Shown: positions 11,760 to 41,071, counted from the first letter of the stretch. The stretch: DNA of 64,000 nt from Hormiphora californensis (GCA_020137815.1 CM035360.1:5828001-5892000); one strand, 5' to 3'. Numbers and translations are program-made. Notes: generated by a model from the sequence alone, not told the origin.

Positions 11760-14687
11760 CTAAAATGATGGTCGGGCCCGCTTGTTCTCACTTCCTGGTT
11801 CCTCTTGTTGGCTCAGTTTGATGACATTGCCCTGAATTGTACCATTATTCATCACCATGACAGCGGCCTCGGCAGATTCCGGCATTCCAAACCTGATATA
11901 CCCATACGATGTTCCCTGATGGGGGGTTGGAGTTTACTATTAGTGTCGACACTCAATACTTTAGCTATCATTGATTATTTGAGCGGGCAAAGAGAGTGTG
12001 AACAACTTACAGGTAGGAGTTTAATGTCAATAAGAGATGAGAACCGACAGAATACATCAGTTAGAACCTGCTCTTCAGGGAGGGAGGGGGTACCAACAAT
12101 AAACAGCTTCGCTCTACAGGGAGATCCCTGGGCGGCTAGTCCTTGGACCGCAGGCAGGGATATATCCGTATAGGGGCATGCTGGGGAGGGAGAGAGAGTA
12201 AGATATCAGATTGAAATTTGGACTTCAGTCCCTATCCCTAATAATCCGTTCTGAACAAGTCAAATTTTTACTTAATTTTATTCCCAATCGGACCCTAAAT
12301 CCCTAATAATCTCACATATACTTACTAGGTTGTTGTCCTCCACTGGATGACACTACATGTCCCCCACTGGACTGTACAGAAGGGTGGGGTAGAATTCCAG
12401 TAGGAGGGGGAGGGGGAGCGGGGGATACAAAACTAACCCTCCCTCTCGGATCTGGACCTCCTAGTCTGGGATCTGATACTACAGCAGTGCTCCAATCACC
12501 ACCACTTACTGCATCTTGACTTGACTGAATTGATGAGTGGGAGTTAAAAAAAACATTTCTCACGCATGATCAAGAATTCACTGTTCGGTGTTCATTATTC
12601 CCTGATTTCAAATTCACTCTAAGTTCCTAATTTTACCTGTCTATCCCTGTTACCAGGTCGCTCCTCGGCATATTTCACTATCAACTTGTGTCCTGGAGGG
12701 TACTCGAGACCGTCCAGCTTCCTTTTTGCATAACATGCCAAATCAACAGTTCTGATGGAAGGGAAAGATTTGTTTTTGACCGAAGTTTAAAAAAGCAAAG
12801 AAAAATGCCCGCAAAATGTTTCTTTCTAATAAGAAACGTCAATTGTCCAAAATAGCACCACTTGTTCTCACTTCACACTGAGATTTAGCGGTAAATAACA
12901 CCAGGTTAATATACCTGTATGTAGCGTAGGCAAATCCCCGCGACTCAGAAGTTCCTCGGTAGTGTTTCAACTCAAAAGTCTCTAGCCCAGGAACTAGGTC
13001 AAACAGGCTGAAACAAACCCCTAATTAGACCAAATATAGACATTGAATCACATAAAATTTCAGAAGATGTCTGATTGGAAAAGGGGAATTATTTGAGAAA
13101 ATATCACAAGAGAGAAAAGGGGGCGTTGTATTTTTCAGTCAGACTGTCTCTATCTCACCTATACAACTGTTCTTCGTAAAGACTGGTATGACAAACTATG
13201 TACAGTCTTTGCATTGATCCAGGATCAGTCAAGTCTGTGTAACCTGTGTAGTGTGTGTCAGGTTAATGTTGTGAGAAGTAAGAGAGAGACCATGTTAATG
13301 TTGTGAGATAGGGAGAGAGAGAGAGAGAGACCAGGTCAGAATAGTGATTCATCAGTGCTAAAGAGACCTTCAGTAGAATAAACTTCATCGCTGTTTCAGT
13401 ACAGTATGTTGTACGGTATGTTAGAAGAAAGAGTTTCGTTTCTAGTTCAGTTAGCTGCAGCTGTTTTTAATGAGAAATGTGGTAAACACGCGAAGAAAAA
13501 TAAAGGTTTCATTAGTCCCCCGAGCGCCCCCCTGTTTGTGAGGCTGATGACACGTCTTCTCGCTTCCCAAACTACACCCCCCCCCCCCCGGGTAGTTAAC
13601 TTACTAATAGTTTCATATCCGGTCTGGTAGACAGGTGCGTAGTTGGTGTAACCAGTCGCCGCAGCTCCATACCCATTCCCAGAATCAGAGTAACTGCCCT
13701 TAGAACTGGTGTGACTGATTGAGTAACTACCTCCTCCTCCACCATGACCCCCACCGTCTCTGTGACTGTGTCGGTCGTTGTTATCCTCTATGGGGGATTA
13801 GGGGTTAATAAGGCCAAGGATCATTGTTATCTTCTGTGGGGAATCAGGGGTTAGTAAGGCCAAGGGTGGGTTTTGTGGGGAATTAGGTGTTAGTAAGGCC
13901 AAGGGTCGGTTTTATAAACTGTGGGGAAGTTAGGGGTTAGTAAGGGTCAGTTTTATCAACCATGATGAGATATTTCATTTAATTTGTTTCCATACCAAAT
14001 CACTGAACTTAACATTTAGTATTTATTCCCCTGCTACTTACGTCTAGCATCTCGTGGAACCCGGGGTTCAGCGATCACAGCCCTAAACTTTTCATCACAG
14101 TCCTCTAAAGCAATAAATGCACATGATGGTTTCTCAAAGGTTACATAAGCACACCCCTTTGATGCCCCAGTTTGTCGATCCATTAGGATTTGAACATTTT
14201 CAACTTTTCCAAACTTGGAAAACTCTTCCTCGATTTCAGATTGAGCCGCGTCCTTTGGTACCAAAATAAAGATTCTTGATCGAGGTTTCGTCTCCCCAGG
14301 TCCAGATCTACTCTGGCCTTTGTTGTCAGATAGTAGAACTTTCAGAGGCTTTGGATCGGATCCGATAGTGTTTCCATGTAACTTCTCCATCGCGATGTGG
14401 GCCTCTGATGCCTTTTCAAATTTAATGTAAGCGATGCCTTTCCGTTCACCTGAATGTCGATCTTTGACGACCCAAATATCTTGAAGCTGGAAGAAGAGAG
14501 AGGAATGTTAAGATTAATGATACCGTCTAACTTGAAGCAACTAAACAACAAGGCGGACACATACCCTTCCATATTTAGAGAATGAATCTCTGATGTCATC
14601 TTCGTCATGATTCCGAGAGCACACTACAAACAACCTCGAGAATGGAGGACTGTCGTGATCAACTTTGCTACGTCGATCTTCTGACAT
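11760..14687 (-). CDS. RBM45: RNA-binding protein 45 (multi-RRM, multi-exon)
   Basis: Start MSEDRRSKVDHDSPPFSRLFVVC; RRM1 QDIWVVKDRHSGERKGIAYIKFEKASEAHIAMEKLHG..PKPLKV; RRM2 RIFILVPK..SKGCAYVTF..ALEDCDEKFRAVIAEP. Last exon YGYIRFG..ENKRARPSF* with a C-terminal basic NLS-like motif; stop at 11762-11760. Confidence 0.9.
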
Positions 14688-15175
14688 AGCTTTGGAAAGA
14701 TCAGGGGTTATCAAACCGAGGCAATGTCAAACAGCAAACATTCGAGAGATTTAGCTATGCGACGAGTGTCATGTTTGTATTTGTGAAAGTGCCTTGATTG
14801 ACTAACACCGATAGTGTGGTATAAAATAAGATTCTACAGTGCCTTGACGTCTCCTGCTACATTCTTGGTGTTTTCTGGTGGCTTTTGACTTTTAAACATC
14901 TTGAAGGTCGCTGTTTGAACCAGCCTTCGCCCTTTGCATTGGGGATACAGGCGTCAGGCGACCGATTTGAACACTTTACGGTTACCCCTGAACCACGGTT
15001 AATCCGTTCAAAATGTTTAATTTGTAAATAGTCCAAAGCTGAAAGCGGGGAAGTATCATAGGAGGAAGACTGGAAATTCCAGAAGCCGTGAAAAGTTTTC
15101 CGGAATCCGGAATTTTGCGAACGCAAAAGTGACCTGCGAACGGGCGCGATTATAATCTGGGTGCCTTGCAGCGTG

Positions 15176-15885
15176 TTTACAGGTGCGCGCTGCCAAAAAA
15201 GTACACCTAAAACCACTTATACCGACTTTTTTCAAACGGCTATAGCCACGCAACCACATGGCCGATTTGAGTAAACTAAACGGTATCTGATAGAGAATCG
15301 ATAGCCCTAACCGATAACCCCAAACAAAACCCTAACCCGACCCTAACAACAGCCCTAACCCGTATCGAACGCTAAAATCGATGAAATGTTAGCAATGGAA
15401 GGCACCCAGATTTTAACGTTTTCCCCTGCGAACGCAAAAGTGATCTTTTTTGAATTATTCTTTAACGCCGCGCGACGCTCATTAAACCGCGCGTTCGATA
15501 TTCGCATCGTAATTATGATTTTGTTCGCGCGTGCCGTATTCTTTCCTCGTGTGTGTGGCTGAAATCTCGACAACCCGCGCGCCGCGCCGTGTCTAAAATG
15601 TAAATGTATAAATGTACAATTTGTACATTTTAGAGAAACGTAAAACTTTTGAAAAGCGCTGCCCTATCCCGAGCTGAGCTGCAGGGTCAGCAGCGTTTGC
15701 CAAGGGAAACGTTAAAACCTGGGTGTTTCGAGTGTCAGCACTCACGGTTTTAAGTTTTTACTTTTTAGGCCTTAGGGTTAGAGCAGGGGTTGGGGTTAGG
15801 GCTATGAGATAAATTTGAATTGGCTAAAATGGTTGAGTGGATAGAGGCTAGAGCACAGTACTTTTTTGGCAGTGTGAACCTGTCA
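15176..15885. repeat. Degenerate inverted-repeat element with CCCTAA-like subrepeats
   Basis: 15176-15425 (CTGCCAAAAAAGTAC..ATAGCCCTAACC..CACCCAG.TTTTAACGTTT.CCC) is mirrored imperfectly at 15703-15885. Confidence 0.6.
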
Positions 15886-18510
15886 AAAGGCTTTTTAATT
15901 CTTTATGATAACATTCACCAAATATACGCAGGTATTTGCAGCTATGATTTAGAATTAGAGTGTGGCCTTACATAATTATGCTACCAATTTCTCACCCTTA
16001 ATTCTTCCCATCAGTCCCTTATCTTTGACCTTTGTAACCCTCATAATTTACCGACCCGTTATCGGAAAAATTATTAAAAACTGGGATTCTCCAGTGCAGC
16101 TCAGTTACTTGAAGGTTGCCACTGTCATATTTTCTATTGGGGCTGATCTATTTCGAGGAAATTTTTAGCTGTACTACAAGTTTTGTCCCAAAGCCAATAT
16201 GCAAAATAATCATAAATTATTTGTTTTACACCAGTCAATATGATAGCTATAATTATACTTATACAGTCAGTCTGTTGCTGCTGCAGCAGTGGGGCCAACC
16301 TAGGAAGTAATAATATTATCCACGACGTATGTAAAACCTGATTTGCAGAACCCCCCTCTCCTCCGTGGAGTCTCCAGCTCCCTGCAAGATATTCTTCTTC
16401 CGATATTTGATCCGTTTATTTTGCAGCGCTTTGTTCACTAGGTGTCCTACTGAGCTGCTGTACTATCCTAATTATTCTGTAGACCCCAGCCAATGTTTGT
16501 TTAGGTTTGCCTACACAGTTTCAGTACCTGTGTAAAAGACACTGTAAAAGATACTGTATAGGTAACAGTCTCCTGAAAGTGATATTTCATGGCAGCTTTA
16601 ATAGCCAGTTAGGGACGCATAAACTTCAAAATAATATGTTGTTAGTGAAGCAATAGAAGTATTATATGAAGCTCTAGCAAGGAGAGCTCTGCAGCACACA
16701 TTATATATCCGTTATATGATATATCATGTATTATATATCTCTCTGTGTTATTATTATAGGCCTCTGGGTTGTCCACGTGACTTGTGACGTCACACACACC
16801 GCCCTTGTATCATCACCAAATATAGACACGTCGGCACGAAGTTGGGAGCCTCTCCTCTCTGTATTTATCTCCCTCTCCAGCTTCTGTTTCCTTGTTGGCA
16901 TCCCAGCTGCTGCAGTCAGCAGTAATTTTGTACTTCCAGTGTCACTGGCAAAGTTATAAAACTAGAAATTATTAGTTGTCAGTGGTGGAAGTTCTGCGTT
17001 TCTATCGGCTTTCACCCTGCATACAATATTTAAAAAAAATTTCGGTCTAATTTCTCGAAGAATAAATCTCGGAAAGTTACCGCCATCAACAGCATCTTCT
17101 TCTCATACTTTATAAACCTCTCATCGCCACATGATGCACTATCGTCTATCTCCCAGAGCATTGTCCTGACCCTACAATTCTTAGTGCATGCAAGAACCGC
17201 GGTCAGAGCATCGACCTGACAGAACAGGACTGCATGTGGAAATATTTTTTTCAGACACTCGGACCAAGGGTTTTTGTTGCACTCGAACCTGTTCATTTGG
17301 TTCAGATACTAATTTGACCAAAGTGCCAACTATAATGGGCCAAAGGTCCAGTGTGGTCCTACTACAAACCATGCGTCGACGCTCACACAATTATAATTAA
17401 GCTTGCAAGGTGCAGGAGGGTGTGGAATACAACCTTTAACTCGATTTGTACTCGCTTGGTATACTCCAGGCTTCACACATTTCTCCCTCCTTTTCTCTTT
17501 TTCAGAACTCTCTTTCTCTCTTTCTTTTTAATTCTGATCTCTCTTTTTCTCTCACTTCTCACATGAACTACCAAGTTACACTCTGAAAATATCTGTGCAT
17601 AAATATTTTCGCGTGTAAAAACGGTTAATCCAATTTTTGCTCTAACTGCTACACAGTTCGCTGCGTAGCAAGTTTGGGCATCGTAATTTTTCCGAAAACT
17701 TCTCTTTTACCATGTTGTACTAAACATATGCTCAAGTTTTGCAAAGTTCTGGAAAGAGTTCTTCTCTATTTTTCTAGAACCAATTATGTGTAGGTTGGAT
17801 TCGAATGCAGTTATGACCTGTTGAAAGGTAGAAATTAAGCCAGAAATTTGTTTTGCAGAGAGATACACTGTATCGTACTAACAGGCAGACAACAGTAAAT
17901 TTCATCACTTCCAGATACATTGATACTACACGAATCTTACCGCTTCTCGTTTATAATGTATTTTCTTCCTTATTGTGCTTGTGCTTTGCACCTATGAATC
18001 GTTGAATCGTTTATTACTAAATTTGCCCGTTAATATCATGCCCGGGCTGCAAATATTTATATTTTCCCCACTATGTTGTCATACAATCGTCTGCAATGTT
18101 ACTCCACGGATATTTATGCCACCACCATGCATACCTCGAGGCTTAAGGGACATCACAGGGCTTATCAATCAGTGAAAAGCGTTGATTCATCTATGTTATT
18201 GCTTGCCTGTTTAAATACTGAGTCTTTCTCGCAGCACGTGAGGTCAATCGAGACACAGTCCTTTCCAGACCCACTGGCTGGCACGGACAGTTAAACACAA
18301 TATCGATATGGTATTAGGCTCTGGAAGATCCTCTGGAATATTCTGCAGTATTCTGCTTCGAGTTCTTTATAAGAGGAACGTGTCTGCATCATGCATATAA
18401 ATTACCCGTCGCCCTAGTCTAGTAGTCTCGCCCTTTCTTCGCCCTTGTTAACCCCCATCCTTCTGGGGGAGGTCGATTCGACCTTCGCCTCTCGCTATAG
18501 TATGCTTTTG

Positions 18511-18683
18511 TATCGGACCCCGATTTAGGGACACCCTTGGGGGAAAGGCTCTTGTCCACTAAATAGGGGTGTCCACTAAATCGGGGTCAAATAAGGTTAA
18601 TTTCCTATATCGGGGGAAAAAAATCCTGTCCCTAAATCGGGGTGCCACTAAATCGGGGACCCCTAAATCGGGGTCCGACTGTA
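18511..18683. mobile_element. Tc1/mariner-type (pogo/Tigger-like) MITE
   Basis: TIRs TCGGACCCCGATTTAGGG ... CCCTAAATCGGGGTCCGACTGTA; internal TAAATCGGGG repeats; related to 42467-42642. Confidence 0.8.
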
Positions 18684-19357
18684 CTTGATTATTGGAGGTC
18701 TTCCCGACCACAACAATTTATCGTGCTGGTAAAACTTTGCAGTACCTCACCTGCGCTGCTGATCATTGCTTGTAAAATATTCAAAATATTCAACTGCTCC
18801 ATCTGGGGTGCAAATATATTCTGAATATATGATATTCATTGCCTTGTTCGACCATCCCTAAATAAATAAAATATAAAGGATTTGAAAAAAACAAGATATT
18901 CACCACTGGAAAATATTGCTGCCATTTCGGTTGATTTTAATTTTCAGACCCTATTATAAGTGTAACTTTCAAACCCAAATCTGGTTGTGATATTAGATGC
19001 TGTTATATGGCTTGAAACCTCGGTCCGGTCGTTCTTTTTCTAATTTGTAACCGATTATTTACGATTTACCTTCGAGGTAGCGTGAGCTCTACACAAATCA
19101 GAGTGAGATTTTCTTTGTAATTTTACGATTACACGCCGTGTAATACACGGTCATAATCAGAGTCACAATTGATTGTCTACAAATGTTGCTATCAGTATAA
19201 TATTTGTGCATAGTTCTGTGACACGCAGTCAGTCATCTTGGTGACACTTGTTTTAGATGGCTTCACTGTGTACCTGCTTTCTTTCTCCCTGTCAGTCGGT
19301 CACTCTGTATCTCTCTCCCTCTCTCTCGTTCCCTCTTTCTCTCCCTCCCTCTCACTT

Positions 19358-19546
<189 letters not shown>

Positions 19547-20303
19547 TGCTCTTCTGAGGCATAGATCACTTATCGCATCTGGGCGACCCCTCCCGATTTT
19601 ATTTCCCTTGATTTGATTTATATGATCAGTCATAACCAGCACACATTTTTATGACGTCATAAGCCGGAGAGTCCGTGACTAATAACTGTCTGACCTGATG
19701 TTCCAAATATAATCCCGGAGAAATGTCCCTAACTGATTGCATACTGCCGTTGCAGGATCACGTGGGACCATAAGACATGGCCTGGATAACCCCTATCCCT
19801 TCGTTTCATGCCTTTATTGTCCATAAATACGAATATATCTGAAATATATATGTTGTCGTATTTTCATATTCTACTGTTTAATTTAAATAATCTAGAATGT
19901 CATTCCCGCCGTTGCATTGGATGGTTATGAAAATAAAAATGGTAAGCGGGGAAACATATCATTATGGAACATAATGCAGTTATTCTAGTTAGCCTTTTTG
20001 CCGCTTTTTGTTATGTTCGCGGGTGGAAGGTGCAAAATATATTATATATTTTCTATTCGATTACCTCGATTACCTCTCATCCCGTAGAACTATCAACTAC
20101 GCCCCTTCCTTCGGAACGACCTTGCTGGCACCCCATTTCAACCTTTTCGTGATTCGCATAATTATTGATTATATTGTTCGCTAAGCTTTGAGTCGCCTGA
20201 CATTGTGTCCGATGTTCGAATAATTCAAGCCAAACTAAACCTGTACTCCAAATTTTAGTGTAGGATTATAGTGTGTTGGGGAGTTGCTGTGACGAGAGAG
20301 AAA

Positions 20304-36203
<15,900 letters not shown>

Positions 36204-36917
36204 GGGGATTTATTTGAATTTGTTAGGCAATAACTCAACCAGCTACTAATTATATCGAGCCGAGGAAAGAACAATTAGATACGATACGGAGACCTGATCC
36301 GGAGTCCGGAATCGAGAGACAATTAACTTGCTTTTTTGTTATTCTGAATTATTTTACCCGTGTGTGAGAGAGTTTTGATTTAAGTTTGACGTGGGAGTGA
36401 TGGAAAACATGAGAGTACATGCGGATTTATTTTGATATTTGACATTAATTTCCAATTTTATAATTAATTTCTAATGCTACATTACTTCCCTTATCGGTTG
36501 TACTACTCATATACATGTACTTATTGGGCGAAGTCTAGTGCTTACGGATTCTATGTTTAAACCCAAGGCGGACTCAATATCTAAAAGCGGACTCTAAATC
36601 TACAGCTGTTAAACTTTCAAAAACGTTTGCACGTCGTTTCACCGTGTTGAACCGATACCGTATTCTCACTACAGGCACTCATGTAACACTTCTAAATGAG
36701 TATAGAGGCACAGCAAGCTATTGTTTCCGGCCTAACAGCCGAAATATCGCGTTCGCTGCGAATGGAGCCATGGCGGAGTGCAGTGTATGTCTAATGTAAA
36801 TTTATGTAGACATAGAGTCCGCCTTGTTTAGACATAGAGTCCTCCTTTAGTTTAGACGTATTTGGACACTATATCTTAGTCTAATTTAGGCACTGTAGAC
36901 TTACAGACTATAGTGTT

Positions 36918-37084
36918 GCTTGTAGTGGAGAAACGGTTTTCAAAAACGGTACGCAGACACGCAAGTTTGACATAGCCCGTGGGTTCAGCCTGATCTAGCT
37001 GAAGAAAGTATGCTTTATTACTCGCAAGCTAGGTAAACGGTGCGTCTGCGTACTTTGTTGGAACACCGTTTCTCCACTACAAGC
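36918..37084. mobile_element. Small palindromic MITE
   Basis: GCTTGTAGTGGAGAAACGGT ... ACCGTTTCTCCACTACAAGC with further imperfect pairing. Confidence 0.7.
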
Positions 37085-37746
37085 GGGCAGCGGCGTTAGA
37101 GTGTAGTACTAGAGTCCACACACCTTATTGGACATTACAACCCAATTTTATAGCTATACACTAGTGTGCCCTCAGCCTTGAATACGATTGATCATAATGA
37201 ATAATGTTTTATACGGTTTGAAATTATCGTGACCCATATTTAGTGAATTGGCCGCGTTCATTAATCAACCTTTATAATTAATTGAACCCTTCAATATTTG
37301 TACCTAGCTATTTTGTACAGTTTCTTTTTACTTTTATACATTTTGAATTGTGCCGTTTTAATTGGTCTGAATGCAGATATAATGGAAACAATCAACCTTA
37401 ATATGTGCCAGTGATAAAGGCTGCAGGGTTGTGTATTAGTGGCTAGTAGTACACTCGCCTCTCACGCCCATGTTCGATCCTGGTCTAGCGCATGTCTTCC
37501 ACCAAGCTTTCGCCAAGATTGGTAGGAACTCTCTTGAGAGACCCGAAAGCTGTCTGGCGCCACAGACCCCATCTGAGCACACTGTCGCACGCCCAATTTG
37601 AGAATCAAATCGGGGTCTGGCGCCCCCAGACAGCCCGAAAGTGGCATGAGTGAATATGCATATGTTGTGGGGTAGTGCCCAGCAATTATACTGCAGAGAA
37701 ATCTGTACCGAAAGGACCGTGGCTGAAACGCCACACTGGATTTATC

Positions 37747-39765
37747 GGGGGGGGGGGGGGGGGGGCCAACGAATTTTTTATATATTTCCTTAATTTTGGA
37801 ATTTTTTATCACTGCGCTGGCAAGCGCAAAGGTGGCCCCATTCCATCCCCCAAAAACTTTTCCTGAAAAAGTGGGCCCGCTTGCCAACAGCGTAGATATA
37901 ACAATTTTGAAGTTTCAGCCCATTTTGGCACTTTTCGACCCCTCCTAACTCCGGAACCAGATGAGCTAGGAGGCTGAAATTTGGTACTGAGAAGCTTCAC
38001 ATAGACCTCTACTGACGGTAAAAATTTCAAGTAGCAAGCTCATTCCGGTCGCAAGTTATGACACCACCCCCAAAACAGAAAATTCAGTGTGGCGATAGAT
38101 AGATATATATATATATAGCTATAGACGCTTCACTGTGTAACACTTGTAGCCTGAACCATGCTAGCTAGAGACTTGAACCAAGTTTTATCCGTTAGTAAAT
38201 CGTTCGGGGCATGCATTAGTTAAGGTTTCAAGTGAAAATGTCCACTATGACGGGCGTAATGACGTCACAAAGTGACGTCATTGAAAAATCTCAGACCAAA
38301 TATTTTCAAACGCCTCTAGCACCCTCAAGACATTTTCCAATTCCTAATTTGACTGAAAATCGTTGGTGGCAAATTGTCTGAACTTTCAGATACAATTTAG
38401 CAAATTTTTCTAACTTGTCATTTTCAGACCTTAAAACGCGTCGAAACTCAAAAATTTGATGTGAAAATCCACATAAAAACTCACATTTCGTGCAATAACT
38501 TCAGTTCTTGACTACCATGGCCTTTAAAACTTTCACGCGTTTAGTGCTTCATTGGCCGAATAGTCTGTCGTAATTTTTTACGTCGTCGTGACGTCACGTG
38601 TGACGTCACGACGTCAAAACGACGTCGAATTTTGAAAATTTCGTCAAATCAGTTTCCTACAACCCAGGTACATTTGAGTTACATTTGAACACTTAAGTTG
38701 AGAATTAGCTTACTTGTTTGAGGTCATAAATGACCTCAAACGACCAAAAAGGAGTACAAATTTAGAGCAAAAACTAATTGAAATTAGTTCGCCAGAAAGG
38801 TGGCCCATTTTGAACTTACTCCTTCATTTCCGTCACCTTTGAGTTGAAGGCGGAAAAGTTTACGGATACCTCAATGTCTTTGAAGCCTCAACTCAAAGGT
38901 GACGGAAATGAAGGAGTAAGTTCAAAATGGGCCACCTTTCTGGCGAACTAATTTCAATTAGTTTTTGCTCTAAATATATATAAAAATATATAAAAATATA
39001 TAAAAATATATAAAAATATATAAAAATATATAAAAATATATAAATAATATATAAAAATATATAAAAATATATAAAATAAACCCTTTTTTCACCCCTTTTA
39101 CTTTCAAAAAAGGGGATTATTTCCATCTATTGTTCACTTGAATATGTTTCATAGAGTTAATTTAAGTGTTTGAGAGGGTGATAGCTGTTTTACATAATTG
39201 AGAATGTGTTCAAAAGTGAATTATGCACTGTCAAAAGTAGAACTGGTGAAGAGAGGTTCCGGCCTAATAATATCTACCAGTTTTGGTGTGATTTCAATCA
39301 TTTTTTGTATGTTGATCCGTGAATATGTACTAGAACTGGTGAAGAGAGGTTGGGATCGCGAAACTAAAAAAAACAAATCATTTTTGACGTCATTTTGACG
39401 TCATGAAGTTATTGACGCGACGTCACGATGTTACAAACGTCACATTGATGACGGAAAATCATCAGGATTATCTAGATGAAGATGCTGACCAAGTTTGAGA
39501 TCAATTGAATGATATTTGATCCCGCTATGGCGAAAAACAGCTTTCTGTTTTCACACTTTCGGCACAATTTTTTATATATTTTTATATATTTTTTATATAT
39601 TTTTATATATTTTTATATATTCATATGTATTTTTATATATTTTTATATATTTTTATATATTTTATATTATATATAAAAAATTATGTTTTTTTTTTCCAAA
39701 AAAAGGTATATAAAATATATAAAAATATATAAAAAATGAGCGTTGGCCCCCCCCCCCCCCCCCCC
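37747..39765. mobile_element. Non-autonomous DNA transposon with poly-G/poly-C termini, 8-bp TSD and (TATATAAAAA)n arrays (MULE/Foldback-like)
   Basis: TSD GATTTATC at 37739-37746 and 39766-39773. TIR G-run + CCAACG pairs with CGTTGG + C-run. AT-rich 10-mer arrays lie in opposite orientations at 38975-39075 and 39567-39670. Confidence 0.75.
37807..38974 (-). mobile_element. Helentron/DINE-1-like element (copy 2), nested in the poly-G element
   Basis: ~87-bp inverted repeat (38760-38847 / 38887-38975). SubTIR AAAGGTGGCCC. The terminal hairpin TGCGCT-TGCC-AGCGCA-GTGATA is identical to copy 1. Confidence 0.7.
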
Positions 39766-40345
39766 GATTTATCATAGTCGGCCTTGTTGAGTAAGGGGGA
39801 AAGTCGGCCTGCTTGACACTGTTTCCGTGCTCCGCATAAAGTATGAACAATTCAACAATATATTGCTGCAGTGTCTGCAGTGGTACCAAACCCGCTATCC
39901 TCAAAAGTGATGACGTGGCATGCGCTCAGATCGGGTCAGAGCCGCTACACACTCAGACAGTGCAGAAGTTGTTGAGCAGGAGGTGATTCTGGTAATGGAA
40001 ATATACCGATTAACGACATATTATGAGATGGGCAATAGGTAATGGCCAATGGCATTTTGTTCATGTTGCTGTGCTATAAGACGAGGAAAACATACAGAGC
40101 GGCTACAGAATATGCACATTTGAATATCAAATCAAAGATTAAATCTCTCTCTCTCTCTTTCGTGCAAAATTTCCGCTTTTTTCTGGTTAAAATATCCTAC
40201 TCACTCGTTCTATTAATTCAATCACAAACGAAATGTATTCGTGTCCAAATCCGAATTAGGATAAAAAGGTGTTTTTCCATTTTCCGTGTTCTCTCTGTAT
40301 GGCGGCAGTGCGCTCAGATGGGGTCGCGGCGCCAGACAGTGTTCT

Positions 40346-41071
40346 CTAACCCTGGAAGACCCTGCCTTTGTAAACCTTTCCAGTTTTATCTAACTTCTTC
40401 CGACTTCTATCGCCACCAAAGACCGTCTCAAAGACCAACTTTTGGAATGCCTCAATTCTCATCGCCTTTTCTTCATCGCTCAACCGGATGTCCCCTGCTA
40501 TTTGGTTCTCATAATCAATCAATAACCGGGATACCTTGTTCGATTCCCTTATTGTCTCTCCACTCCTTCCCCGCATAGGCCAAGCTCCCCCATCATATCG
40601 CTGATTAGCTTTGGCATCAGATCCGGGATCGTAGAGGATCTTCAAGATGGGATGGTGTGGGTTATTGCCGGGAATATCGGATAACTCGTTGGAATTTGGG
40701 TTGTTGTGATCACCATCTACTGAGTTATCAAAATCAGCTTCATTATTGTATCTTTCCTCCTCCTCTTCTTCAGCTGATGATTTTGTTGTTGTTGTTGTTG
40801 ATGATTCAATAGACTTTATAACTTCCTTGATAATGTTCTCCTCGTCATCATCCAATAGATCCTTCAAGTCCCTAAATATGTGTTTCAAAATTAAATGCAC
40901 ATAACTGGGAATTATGAAGATTTTACGACCGAATAAAAAATGTGAATGTTTTAAAAAATCAGTTTGATACCTGGTTAGATTCTCTGAAAAGTTGTCCAAA
41001 TCTTCTCCACCTCCCATCGCTGCCTTCATCTTCTTTTCCATGTTTTGAATTTGACACGGGTCACACAACTC
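40346..41071 (-). CDS. Unknown acidic protein, 3' exons only (probable in-frame 99-nt intron at ~40970-40872)
   Basis: 240-codon ORF with a TTTTCAG acceptor at its 5' end, an internal GT..AG segment and protein-like composition. No family recognised. Confidence 0.45.
   Translation of the reverse strand, partial: ELCDPCQIQNMEKKMKAAMGGGEDLDNFSENLTRYQTDFLKHSHFLFGRKIFIIPSYVHLILKHIFRDLKDLLDDDEENIIKEVIKSIESSTTTTTKSSAEEEEEERYNNEADFDNSVDGDHNNPNSNELSDIPGNNPHHPILKILYDPGSDAKANQRYDGGAWPMRGRSGETIRESNKVSRLLIDYENQIAGDIRLSDEEKAMRIEAFQKLVFETVFGGDRSRKKLDKTGKVYKGRVFQG

Noticed and set aside
15300-15810. Interstitial telomere
   Set aside because: CCCTAA units are few, degenerate, and part of an inverted-repeat element.
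16316-18930. Possible multi-exon gene on the minus strand (including ORF 17030..17296)
   Set aside because: Exon-like segments and splice signals are visible, but I could not assemble a consistent frame or recognise a domain. Unresolved rather than excluded.
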